This document shows, one piece after another, positions 19,292 to 28,295 of a DNA stretch of 64,000 nucleotides. The first letter of the stretch is position 1. Every line of letters starts with the position of its first letter. Source of the DNA: Gammaproteobacteria bacterium (lineage in GTDB: Bacteria > Pseudomonadota > Gammaproteobacteria > UWMA-0217); the NCBI GenBank assembly GCA_027081275.1, contig JALWKV010000046.1, forward strand, positions 2,315 to 66,314, in the 5' to 3' direction. Under the pieces are notes generated by a model. The model saw only the letters and a program-made list of their open reading frames with translations, was not told the origin of the DNA and made no database searches. The position numbers and the translations under genes were made by a program.

Positions 19292-19328
19292 GAGCCTCTG
19301 ACAGTTCATCCCCGAATTGTCAGAGGCC
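19292..19328. repeat. Isolated left-end hairpin of MITE family B
   Basis: GAGCCTCTGACAGTTCATCCCCGAATTGTCAGAGG matches the ends of copies at 22577, 27363, 34537. Confidence 0.7.
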
Positions 19329-19475
19329 AGTATAAACGGTAATTTCCCCGCACAATCGACCGCTTGACTCGGTTGGTCATGCAATCAGGGAAGAAACGTG
19401 GAAATCGCCCCGAAGCGGAGGATCCAGTCGGTGAGGCGGTGGGCAGTGGACGTAGCGGGTTGGGAAATTCTTCGT

Positions 19476-19502
19476 GCCCTTCTGCCTTGGCAGAAGGGCT
19501 TT
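19476..19502 (+). terminator. Strong hairpin, likely intrinsic terminator
   Basis: GCCCTTCTGCC-TT-GGCAGAAGGGC followed by TTT, between convergent ORFs. Confidence 0.5.
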
Positions 19503-19527
19503 GTGTGGACAGTCGATCCTTAATCTG

Positions 19528-19763
19528 TCAGATGCGCGTTCGGGACACCCGGCTGAACCAACCGAGAAAGGCGGCAAAACTGGCGACGGCAACAGCAACG
19601 CTCGCAGCCAGATCCTGCTTCCAGACGTGAAGGTAGAAGTTATACCCGATCACGAACCCGATGATGGCGGCAACGACAATGAACGCCCTCATTTTCCAAC
19701 GCTCCTGAGCGGGGCGCGGCGTCTTCTGTACTTCTCTTCCAGGTAATAAACGATTCCGGTCAT
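19528..19763 (-). CDS. Small membrane protein, apparently frameshifted (24-aa ORF 19689-19763 plus 54-aa ORF 19528-19692)
   Basis: Manual translation: MTGIVYYLEEKYRRRRA.. and MRAFIVVAAIIGFVIGYNFYLHVWKQDLAASVAVAVASFAAFLGWFSRVSRTRI; AAGGGGG upstream. Confidence 0.5.
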
Positions 19764-19799
19764 ATCGGCATTCCCCCTTGCCTGCATCCTGTGCTGTGA

Positions 19800-19920
19800 G
19801 TGACTGCTCAGCTCACCCCTGAAATCCGCCATTTCTGCGTTCGAAAATGGTCATTTACATTTGTAAACTCACATTTTCTGCCTTGAACTGTCGGATTTCA
19901 GAGGCAATCCGAGCAGTCAC
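19800..19920 (-). mobile_element. MITE family A variant (same TIR type, different ERIC-like core)
   Basis: TIR GTGACTGCTC/GAGCAGTCAC; minus strand CAAGGC..GAGTTTAC-AAAT-GTAAATGAC..AACGC. Confidence 0.8.
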
Positions 19921-20058
19921 TGGCCAGACTTGAAGTGGCTTGACGTGAGACACAGTTTACAAGAATTGACGATCCTCCGATGACCGCTCATCCGTGATTC
20001 GCAACCGCAGTTCCGCAGCCTGCAAGCGCGTGCCGATCGCCGCGGCAGGCCCTTGCCG

Positions 20059-21285
20059 CTATGCCGGCAGGGCGTGACGGAAGTCCGCCAGCAGGTCGTC
20101 GATGTCCTCGATGCCGATCGACAGCCGGATCATCCCGTCACTGATGCCCATCGAGGCGCGACGCGCCGGCCCCATCTCGAAGTAGATCGTCTGCGCGACC
20201 GGAATGGCGAGGGTGCGATTGTCTCCCAGGTTACTGGAAACAATGGGGATTTCGAGCGCGTCGAGCACCTCGAAGCAGTCGAGGTCGGGGCGCAGCTCGA
20301 TGCTCATCAGCGACCCGCTGTTGCGGAACAGCTCGCTGGCGCGCCGGTGCTCGGGATGGGATGGCAGCCCCGGATAGAAGACACGTTCGATCGCGGGATG
20401 GCCGTCGAAGAAACGCGCCAGCGTCAAGGCATTGCCGGCGGAGCGGTCCTGCCGCAGCGCCAGCGTTTCGGCGCCGATGGCGATCTGATGGGCGGCCATC
20501 CCGCTCAATGTGCCGCCGGTATCACGCAGCCCCTTCTTGCGGATCTGCAACAGGCCCCAGCCGGACGGATCGCCCTTGCGATAGACATCGTGGATATTGG
20601 GGAACCGCGACCAGTCGTAACGGCCGGTGTCGGTCACGGCGCCGCCGAGCACATCGCCATGACCGGCAATGAACTTGGTCAGCGAATTGACCACCAGCCC
20701 GGCGCCCACCGTCACGGGCCGGAACAGCCACGGCGAGGTCATGGTGTTGTCCACGATGTAGAGCAGCCCGCGCTCGGCGCAGAGCGCGCCGATGCCCTCC
20801 AGGTCACTCACCTGCGTGCAGGGGTTGGCGATGGTCTCGACGAACACTATGCGCGTCTCGGGCCGGAGCGCCGCCGCCACGTTGGCCGCGTCGGTGGCAT
20901 CGACGAAACTCACCTCGATGCCCATGTTGGTCAGCGTATTGAACAGACTGTTGGTATTGCCGAAGAGAAACTGGCTCGACACCAGGTGGTCGCCCTGGCG
21001 CAGCAACGCGAACATCACCGCATGGATGGCCGCCATGCCGGTAGCGAAACAGGCCGTCGCCACCCCCTCCTCCATCAGCGTGATCTTCTCCTCCAGCGCC
21101 ACCACCGTGGGATTGATCTGCCGCGCATAGGAGTAGCCCTTGCGCTTTCCCTGAAACACCTCGGCGATCTCCCGCGCCTGCTCGTAACCGAAGGCCACTG
21201 AGGTATGGACCGGCTTGTGCAGCGCGCCATGCTCGATCGGCTGGCGCAGGTCGCTGTGGAGTATCCTGGATGTAAAGCCTTTCAT
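20059..21285 (-). CDS. Cys/Met metabolism PLP enzyme (cystathionine gamma-synthase / acylhomoserine sulfhydrylase family)
   Basis: YARQINPT, ETIANP, VDNT, NSLTKFIAGHG, RLSIGIED. Confidence 0.9.
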   Translation of the reverse strand: MKGFTSRILHSDLRQPIEHGALHKPVHTSVAFGYEQAREIAEVFQGKRKGYSYARQINPTVVALEEKITLMEEGVATACFATGMAAIHAVMFALLRQGDHLVSSQFLFGNTNSLFNTLTNMGIEVSFVDATDAANVAAALRPETRIVFVETIANPCTQVSDLEGIGALCAERGLLYIVDNTMTSPWLFRPVTVGAGLVVNSLTKFIAGHGDVLGGAVTDTGRYDWSRFPNIHDVYRKGDPSGWGLLQIRKKGLRDTGGTLSGMAAHQIAIGAETLALRQDRSAGNALTLARFFDGHPAIERVFYPGLPSHPEHRRASELFRNSGSLMSIELRPDLDCFEVLDALEIPIVSSNLGDNRTLAIPVAQTIYFEMGPARRASMGISDGMIRLSIGIEDIDDLLADFRHALPA

Positions 21286-21357
21286 GTCGTCACCGCTGGC
21301 GCTTGTGAAATCAGGGGATTCTACTATGCCGACGGCGCGACCTTCCTCATCAGGCCG

Positions 21358-22026
21358 TCAATCGCGCTTGTAGAGATACATCGCGTCGCTGAAAGTCGCC
21401 ACCCAGGTCGGCTTGAAGACGATCATCACCGTCATGGCGATGCCGTTGAGCGTTCCCTCGGGCAGGGCGAGCAGCAGGAGGAAGGGGAGATAGTGCTGGT
21501 TGAGTTCGGCGATGGTGTAGGCGCCGCTGGTAGCCAGCAGCGCATAGGCGCTGACGCCGGCGATCAGCACGCCGAGGGAGGCGGCGAAGAAGCAGTTGAG
21601 AAAGATGTAGATAAAAAGATTGTGCGGCAGCATCCGCTGGGCGAAGCGGCGCAGGTTGTGCGTCACCAGCGTCGGGATCGCGCCCATGATGAGGACATTG
21701 AGGGCGAAGGTCTCCCAGCCGCTGCGACCCTCCCACACCGTGACCAGCACGAGCACCTGCACGGCGAGGAAGGCGAACTCCCAGCCGAACATCAGCGCCG
21801 CCGCGCTGGCGCCGAGGAAATGGAAGGCCTGCCCCGGCGCCACCCCCGCCTTGAGATGCCAGAAGGCCATCAGCACGACGATGGTGCCGAAATAGACGTT
21901 GGCCGAATCGCGCTCCAGCAATTTGTGCCACGGCGCGCGCAGCACGGCGACCGCCGTCAGTACGGCATAGAGCGCCCAGCTGACGCCGAGCCAGCCAGAG
22001 GAGATGAGACCGGAAGGAATATCCAT
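21358..22026 (-). CDS. ECF/CbiM-like integral membrane permease
   Basis: Multiple TM helices, FHFLG, PEGTLNG, KPTWVATFSD. Confidence 0.75.
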   Translation of the reverse strand: MDIPSGLISSGWLGVSWALYAVLTAVAVLRAPWHKLLERDSANVYFGTIVVLMAFWHLKAGVAPGQAFHFLGASAAALMFGWEFAFLAVQVLVLVTVWEGRSGWETFALNVLIMGAIPTLVTHNLRRFAQRMLPHNLFIYIFLNCFFAASLGVLIAGVSAYALLATSGAYTIAELNQHYLPFLLLLALPEGTLNGIAMTVMIVFKPTWVATFSDAMYLYKRD

Positions 22027-22100
22027 GGGTCAGAAGTCTAGGTCGATTGACTCATCCAGTGAATGACAAATGGCAAGAAGCCGGAGGCGCCGCCGGCCGG

Positions 22101-22532
22101 TTACGATCTGCACTCCGGCCGATTCTCCAGCACGGCGTGCAGCTCCTCCATGATCGCCGCGTGCAGCGTCTGCAGACGATCATGCAGGCGCGTCAGCTTC
22201 TCCTCCCACGCCTTCTGTTTCTCGTGCGCCTCGACGATATGGGTGAAGGATTCGGACGGTTCCTGCTCGCCCTGCAGGAAGAACTCCAGCGTCTTCTCGT
22301 TGGCGTTGAGGAGCTTTTCGTGATTCTCGATGCTGTCCATCAGCACCTCGAACTCGCGGTCCTCCTCGTCGAGGATGTGTTCCAGCTTGTACAGCAGCGC
22401 CTGCAACCGATCCTGCTCCTGCCGCCACCGCGCCAGCTGCCGCAGCCAGCGCCGATGCTCCTCGTGCCAGGCGCTGTAGTCGCGGCGCAGCTCGCCTATC
22501 TTCGCCTGAATCTCCTTTCTGGAACCGATCAT
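22101..22532 (-). CDS. Hypothetical coiled-coil, His/Glu-rich protein
   Basis: GGAGG SD before ATG 22532; coding-like codon usage. Confidence 0.7.
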   Translation of the reverse strand: MIGSRKEIQAKIGELRRDYSAWHEEHRRWLRQLARWRQEQDRLQALLYKLEHILDEEDREFEVLMDSIENHEKLLNANEKTLEFFLQGEQEPSESFTHIVEAHEKQKAWEEKLTRLHDRLQTLHAAIMEELHAVLENRPECRS

Positions 22533-22576
22533 CGATGCCACCTCCCGATATCCGGACAACGCGCTTCAGTTCTTAA

Positions 22577-22727
22577 GGAAAGTCTGATTTGATCAGACTT
22601 TCCTGCGGCACACGGATGTGCCGCCAGAATCGGCCGCGCCAAGCGATTGATTCTGTGAGAAAAACGAAAATCGCACTTTTCATTTTTCGCCCTCTGACAA
22701 TTCAGGGATGAATTGTTCAGAGGCTCC
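22577..22727 (-). mobile_element. MITE family B, copy 1 (IS5-like ends, TTAA target duplication)
   Basis: TTAA at 22573-76 and 22728-31; ends GGAAAGTCTG / CAGAGGCTCC; homologs at 27363 and 34537. Confidence 0.88.
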
Positions 22728-22776
22728 TTAAATATTAGTACAGATTAATATATGTCACAGAAATCACGCGCGGCCA

Positions 22777-23460
22777 TCAGGTACGCCAGTCGATCTCCTC
22801 ATGGCCGAAACCAAGCAACGCCTCGTTGACCCGGGAGAACGGCCGGCTGCCGAAAAAGCCGCGATAGGCCGACAGCGGCGACGGATGTGGCGACTCGATG
22901 ACGACGTGACGCCGGCGATCGACCATCCGCGCCTTCTTCTGCGCTTGGACGCCCCACAGCAGGAAAACCACCGGCTCGGCGCGCGCGTCGACGGTTTCGA
23001 TGATGCGGTCGGTAAACCGCTCCCAGCCACGATTGCGGTGGCTGCCGGCGCTGCCCTCGACCACCGTCAACACGGCATTGAGCAACAGCACGCCCTGTCC
23101 GGCCCACGGCAGCAGCGAGCCGCTGCGATTGTCGATGCCGAGGTCGTCCTTCAGCTCGCGAAAAATGTTCTGCAACGACTTCGGCAGCGGGCTGACCTCA
23201 GGACGCACCGAGAAGCTCAGCCCGTGGGCATGCCCCGGCGTCGGATAGGGATCCTGCCCGATGACGACGACGCGGGTGCGGGCCAGCGGCGTGGCGTTGA
23301 GCGCCTGCAGGCGCAGCTCGGGCGGCGGAAAGATCCGCTTGCCGGCCGCCTCCTCGGCGGCGAGAAAGGCCTCCAGCGCACGCAGATAGTCGCTGGCGAA
23401 TTCGTCCCGCAACGCGGCGCGCCAGTCGCTGTCGGGGTGCAGTGCTGTCTCGATCTTCAT
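22777..23460 (-). CDS. ung: Uracil-DNA glycosylase
   Basis: GQDPY, GVLLLNAVLTV, HPSPLS. Confidence 0.96.
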   Translation of the reverse strand: MKIETALHPDSDWRAALRDEFASDYLRALEAFLAAEEAAGKRIFPPPELRLQALNATPLARTRVVVIGQDPYPTPGHAHGLSFSVRPEVSPLPKSLQNIFRELKDDLGIDNRSGSLLPWAGQGVLLLNAVLTVVEGSAGSHRNRGWERFTDRIIETVDARAEPVVFLLWGVQAQKKARMVDRRRHVVIESPHPSPLSAYRGFFGSRPFSRVNEALLGFGHEEIDWRT

Positions 23461-23480
23461 CCGGGGCGTCATCGACCTGT

Positions 23481-23549
23481 GCAATCACTCAGCTCGTTCG
23501 GAAATACATCCGTAACTGCTCAGATTTCAGGGGTGAGCTGAGTAGTTAC
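23481..23549. repeat. Short deletion derivative of MITE family A
   Basis: GTAACTGCTCAG..CAGGGGTGAGCTGAGTAGTTAC matches both ends of the 19800-19920 element. Confidence 0.72.
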
Positions 23550-23601
23550 CGACCTGTTAAGATGCGGGGCCGGCAGTCTACCCCAATGTCACAGGCGCTG
23601 A

Positions 23602-25191
23602 ATGTATCTGAGCTATTTCGGGCTCACTGAAAAGCCCTTCAATATTACGCCCGATCCGCGCTTTCTCTACCTCAGCGAACAGCACCGGGAAGCGCTGGCG
23701 CACCTGCTGTTCTCCACCGACGAGAGCAGCAGCTTCATCGTGCTCACCGGCGAGGTGGGCGCGGGCAAGACGACGTTGTGCCGCTCGATGCTGGAGGACG
23801 GGATAGAGGGCAATCGCTTCGCGCTGATTCTCAATCCGATGCAGTCGCCGCTGGAGCTGCTGGCCTCGGCCTGCGACGAGTTCGGCATCGCCTATCCGAC
23901 CGACCCCGGCATCAAGGATCTGGTCGATGCGCTCAACCGCTGGCTGCTGGCGCTGAACGCCGACAACGAACAGGCGATCCTGATCATCGACGAGGCGCAG
24001 AATCTCGGCTTCGAGACGCTGGAGCAGATACGGCTGCTGACCAATCTCGAGACCGGCAGCAAGAAGCTGCTGAAGATCATTCTCATCGGCCAGCCCGAGC
24101 TGCGGCAGATGCTCGACCGCCCGGAGCTGCGCCAGCTCTCCCAGCGGGTCACGGCACGCTACCATCTGGCGCCGATGACGGCGCCCGAGACCGCCGCCTA
24201 TGTGCGTCACCGCCTCGAAGTGGCCGGCGCGCGCCGACCGCTGTTCACGGCCGCCGCGCTGAAGCGCGTCCACCGCCTCTCCGGCGGCATTCCCCGCCGC
24301 ATCAACCTGATCGCCGACCGCGCCCTGACCGGCGCCTACGCCCGCCAGCGCGACATCGTCGATCCGCGCCTCGTCGCCACCGCCGCGCGCGAGGTGAGCC
24401 GCGGGGCGAATGCCGGCACGCCGGCGCGGCCTCTGCCGTGGTTCGCTATCATCGCGGTCGTGGCGCTCGCGCTGCCGCTGCTGGCCTGGCTGCGCCACGC
24501 GCCACCATCGACACCGGAGCCGCAGGCCGATCCGGCAGCCGCGCCGCTGGCGGCGATCGACGACCGTGAGTATGTCGCCGCGCTGGAGGCCGCCATCGAG
24601 GCGGAGGGTGAAGACGTCACCACGGCGCCGCGGGAGCCAACGCCGTCGACGCCGATCGGCAAGCTGCTGGCGCTGTGGGGCGCGACGCTCGACCCCGGCG
24701 ATCCGACGCCCGCCTGCGACCAGGCCGCTCGTCAGGGGCTGGCCTGCCTCTATGTCGAGGGCGGCATCGACGATCTCGTCGCGCTCGATCGGCCGGCGCT
24801 GATCGAGGTTCGCGACGATGCCGGCAAAATGGAACAGTGGCTGATCCGGTCCCTGCTCGAAGCGGATTTTCTCGTCGACAGGGGCAGCAACGACGCCACG
24901 CTGTCGCGTGATCGGCTCGCCGCCGTCTGGCCGGGGCGCTTCCTGCTGCTCTGGCAGGCGCCGCCATCGGGCGGCACGATAGTGCATGGCAACAGCCCGA
25001 CAGCCGATCGGCGCTGGCTCCGCGCCCGCCTGGCGCGCGCCGGCGTGACGGTCGAAAACGACGACCTGGAAGCGGCGATCCGGCGGTTCCAGCGCCGCAA
25101 CGGCCTTGCCGTCGACGGCAAGGCCGGTATTCGCACGCTGCTGGCGCTGGAGCGGCAGAGCAGCGACACGGCCATCCCGACGCTGCAATGA
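23602..25191 (+). CDS. exeA: ExeA/GspA-type AAA ATPase with peptidoglycan-binding domain
   Basis: MYLSYFGLTEKPFNITPDPRFLY, GEVGAGKT, IIDEAQ, FQRRNGLAVDG. Confidence 0.92.
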   Translation: MYLSYFGLTEKPFNITPDPRFLYLSEQHREALAHLLFSTDESSSFIVLTGEVGAGKTTLCRSMLEDGIEGNRFALILNPMQSPLELLASACDEFGIAYPTDPGIKDLVDALNRWLLALNADNEQAILIIDEAQNLGFETLEQIRLLTNLETGSKKLLKIILIGQPELRQMLDRPELRQLSQRVTARYHLAPMTAPETAAYVRHRLEVAGARRPLFTAAALKRVHRLSGGIPRRINLIADRALTGAYARQRDIVDPRLVATAAREVSRGANAGTPARPLPWFAIIAVVALALPLLAWLRHAPPSTPEPQADPAAAPLAAIDDREYVAALEAAIEAEGEDVTTAPREPTPSTPIGKLLALWGATLDPGDPTPACDQAARQGLACLYVEGGIDDLVALDRPALIEVRDDAGKMEQWLIRSLLEADFLVDRGSNDATLSRDRLAAVWPGRFLLLWQAPPSGGTIVHGNSPTADRRWLRARLARAGVTVENDDLEAAIRRFQRRNGLAVDGKAGIRTLLALERQSSDTAIPTLQ

Positions 25192-25209
25192 ACCAGGAGG
25201 AAGAGCGAG

Positions 25210-25890
25210 ATGTCTCTGATACTCGAAGCACTGAAACGGTCGGAAAAGGAACGCCGCCAGCAGGCCGACTCCGTGACCGACACGCTCTATATCGAGGTGG
25301 CGCCACGCCGCCGCAATCTCTGGCCGGTGGTGCTGGTGGTGCTGCTGTTGGTCAATATCGGCATCATGCTCTTCCTCTGGTGGCGTCAGGCCGCCAACGA
25401 CGATATCCCGGCGACGCAGCAAGCCGATCCGGAGGCAATCATCGCCGCCGCCCGCAAGGCGACGCCTGACCCACCACCGGCAGCGACCAGCGATGGGCCA
25501 TCGCGGATCGCCGCGCGCATCCTGCGCCCGCTGGATCAGGAGCTGGGCGGCGCCAGGATCGTTCCGGCGCGCCGTCCGGCGGCCACCGATGCCCCGGCGC
25601 GCAACTCGCCCAGCGCCGACGCCACCACCGCGCCGCCGCCACCGGCATCGGAACCAGAGCCGGTGATCGGCGCCATGGATGACGCGACGCTGCAAGCGCT
25701 GCAGCGGTACGAGATCAACATCATCGTCTACAGCGACACGCCGGCGCGGCGCTATGCGCTGATCGACATGAAAAAGCTGCGCGAAGGCGACACCCTGCCC
25801 GGCAGCGATCTGCGCATCGAACGCATCGCCCAGGGCGCGCTGATCATCGACACCGGCCACGGGCTGGTAAGCTACAGCGGAACCCCCTGA
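25210..25890 (+). CDS. exeB: ExeB/GspB general secretion pathway protein
   Basis: MSLILEALKRSEKER N-terminus, one TM helix, C-terminal IVYS..LREGD. Confidence 0.88.
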   Translation: MSLILEALKRSEKERRQQADSVTDTLYIEVAPRRRNLWPVVLVVLLLVNIGIMLFLWWRQAANDDIPATQQADPEAIIAAARKATPDPPPAATSDGPSRIAARILRPLDQELGGARIVPARRPAATDAPARNSPSADATTAPPPPASEPEPVIGAMDDATLQALQRYEINIIVYSDTPARRYALIDMKKLREGDTLPGSDLRIERIAQGALIIDTGHGLVSYSGTP

Positions 25891-25907
25891 CGACAACGAC
25901 CGCGACC

Positions 25908-26432
25908 GTGCAAGAGCACCTCGACGACGACCAGATCGATACCATCATCGCTACCACCGGCGATTTCATCGCGCGGGCGCGCCATCGCTACGGGCTGACG
26001 CTGCCCGAGCTGGAGATCCGCTTCGACGTCCACGGCGCGGCCTGGGGCTACTACGTCCGCAAGGGCTCGCAACGCTGGTTCCGCTTCAACCCGACGCTGT
26101 TCGCGCGACATTTCGACGAAGGGCTGAGCGACACCATCCCGCACGAGGTGGCGCACTATGTGGTCGACAGGCGCTATCCGCGCCGCCGCTGCAAGCCGCA
26201 CGGCGCGGAGTGGCGACAGGTGATGCGCGATTTCGGCATCGACAGCCCCAGTGCCACCCACCGCACGCCGCTGGACGGCCTGGCCGTACGGCGGCAGCGT
26301 CGCTACATCTACTACTGCGGCTGCGGCGAGGTGCCGCTGAGCGCGACGCGCCACAACCGCATCCTGCGGGGCCAGGCCCGCTACTTCTGCCGGCGCTGCC
26401 AGCAGCCGCTGTCGCCGACACCGCCGCCCTGA
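25908..26432 (+). CDS. SprT-like zinc metalloprotease
   Basis: PHEVAH, PHGAEW, YYCGC, CRRC. Confidence 0.88.
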   Translation: MQEHLDDDQIDTIIATTGDFIARARHRYGLTLPELEIRFDVHGAAWGYYVRKGSQRWFRFNPTLFARHFDEGLSDTIPHEVAHYVVDRRYPRRRCKPHGAEWRQVMRDFGIDSPSATHRTPLDGLAVRRQRRYIYYCGCGEVPLSATRHNRILRGQARYFCRRCQQPLSPTPPP

Positions 26433-26486
26433 CACATCGGTTTACCTTCGATTGGCCTCCTTTCCGGCGCCGGCGCATAATCGGTT

Positions 26487-26626
26487 GTAACTGCTCAGCA
26501 CGGTCGTCTTTTGTTCCATATCTGCGTTATTTTCGTGCTCGCTCGGTTACATACTGCGTGTATGCGCCCTCGCTGCGCGCGAAAATGCCTTGATCTGAAA
26601 CAAAATCCAACCATGCTGAGCATTAC
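26487..26626 (-). mobile_element. MITE family A, copy 2
   Basis: TIR GTAACTGCTCAGCA/TGCTGAGCATTAC; reverse complement of the 8526 copy. Confidence 0.88.
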
Positions 26627-26667
26627 AACCGGTTTTCGACCAGACACAGCAATGAGGAGTCCCGACC

Positions 26668-27336
26668 ATGCAACCGATCAAACCGATTCTCATCGCCATC
26701 GCCCTGCTCGCGCTTGCCGCCTGCGCCCAGAAGCAGACGCCCGAGGAAGTGGCGCACGGCTTCTGGCAGGCCGTGGTCGACAACGACCTCGATGCCGCGC
26801 GCAAGCTGGCGACCCGCGACTCGCAGAAGAGTCTCGACCTGCTCGACAATCAAGAAAACATGCTCAAGGAGGTAGAAGTGGGCGCGGCCACGATCACCGA
26901 GCAGAAAGCGACAGTGCCGACGACGCTGATCGGCGACGCCGACGGTCACCAGACCCGCATCCAGCTGACCACCTATCTGCGCGAGGAAGACGAGAAGTGG
27001 CGCGTCGAGGGCGACAGGACCGTCAACGCGCTGGTCACCTCCAGCCTCGAAAACATGCTGCGCAACCTCACCGGCGATCTGACGCGGATCGGCGGCGCGC
27101 TCAACCAGACCATCACCACCGGCCTGCAGGAGTTCCTCGGCCAGCTGCAGAAGAATGTGCCGGCGATCAAGCAGGAGCTGGGCAAGCTCGCCGACGAGGA
27201 GAAGGCGCGGACGCTGGGTCAGGAACTGGGGGCGCTGTTCTCGCAGGGGCTGCGCGACGCCATGAAGGAATTCTCCAAGGGGCTAGACGATCTGGAGAAG
27301 GAGCTGGAGAAGGCCAACGCGTCAGAGCAGAAGTAA
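26668..27336 (+). CDS. Putative lipoprotein
   Basis: GAGGAG SD; lipobox LAAC. Confidence 0.8.
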   Translation: MQPIKPILIAIALLALAACAQKQTPEEVAHGFWQAVVDNDLDAARKLATRDSQKSLDLLDNQENMLKEVEVGAATITEQKATVPTTLIGDADGHQTRIQLTTYLREEDEKWRVEGDRTVNALVTSSLENMLRNLTGDLTRIGGALNQTITTGLQEFLGQLQKNVPAIKQELGKLADEEKARTLGQELGALFSQGLRDAMKEFSKGLDDLEKELEKANASEQK

Positions 27337-27344
27337 CCGCCCCA

Positions 27345-27661
27345 GGAGGCTGTCCGACTCAAGGAACCTCTGAACAATTCGTCCCTGAATTGTCAGAGGA
27401 CGAAAAACGAAAAGTGCGATTTGCGTTTTTCTTACAGAATCAATCGCTTGGCGCGCTCGATTCTGGCGGCACGTCCGTGTGCTGCAGGAAAGTCTGATTT
27501 GATCAGACTTTCCTTAACACTGTTTGGCTGCAAATCCGTGGATAGCGATCAACTGGACTGATCAGGCTCGTTAAATAGCCCTGCTATTCGCCTCACCCGA
27601 TCAGCCCATTTGATTCGCTCCCACGAATTTTCGCTTCAAACGGTTAAGTCGGACAGCCTCC
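27345..27661. mobile_element. MITE family C hosting a nested family B copy
   Basis: TIR GGAGGCTGTCCGACT/AGTCGGACAGCCTCC; left TIR resumes (TAACACTGTTTG) after the nested element. Confidence 0.82.
27363..27513 (+). mobile_element. MITE family B, copy 2
   Basis: Flanked by TCAA/TTAA; 151 bp, same length as copy 1. Confidence 0.88.
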
Positions 27662-27767
27662 TGGCGCGGAGCATGGTGACCGGCGGGACGAGCGCGGCTG
27701 CGACAGGTGAATTGATTACGCAAATGTAATAGAGTTGCGCTGCTCTTTGTCCCCAACCGGTCACCCC

Positions 27768-28283
27768 ATGGAAAAGAAGAACTCCTACACGCGCGACGAG
27801 CTGCTGGCCTGCGGCCACGGCGAACTGTTCGGCCCCGGCAACGCGCGCCTGCCCCTGCCGAACATGCTGATGATGGACCGCATCACCCACATCAGCGACA
27901 CCGGCGGCAGCCACGGCAAGGGCGAGATCACCGCCGAGCTCGACATCACCCCGGACCTGTGGTTCTTCGCCTGCCATTTCGAGGGCGACCCGGTCATGCC
28001 CGGCTGCCTCGGGCTCGACGCGCTGTGGCAGCTGGTCGGGTTCTTCCTCGGCTGGAACGGCAATCCCGGACGGGGGCGCGCGCTGGGCGCCGGCGAGGTC
28101 AAGTTCTTCGGCCAGATCCTGCCGACGAACAAGCTCGTCACCTACCACCTCGACATCACGCGCCTGATTCAGCGCAAACTGGTCATGGGCATCGCCGACG
28201 CCACCGTCTCGGTCGATGGGCGCGAGATCTATTCCGCCAAGGATCTGAAGGTCGGTCTGTTCACCTCCACTGAAAACTTCTAG
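27768..28283 (+). CDS. fabA: 3-hydroxydecanoyl-ACP dehydratase/isomerase
   Basis: [28 protein letters not shown]. Confidence 0.97.
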   Translation: MEKKNSYTRDELLACGHGELFGPGNARLPLPNMLMMDRITHISDTGGSHGKGEITAELDITPDLWFFACHFEGDPVMPGCLGLDALWQLVGFFLGWNGNPGRGRALGAGEVKFFGQILPTNKLVTYHLDITRLIQRKLVMGIADATVSVDGREIYSAKDLKVGLFTSTENF

Positions 28284-28295
28284 CCGGATATCACC

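Noticed and set aside
22743..22770. CRP/FNR-like site TGTCA-N6-TCACG
   Set aside because: Imperfect match in an AT-rich patch; cannot be distinguished from chance.
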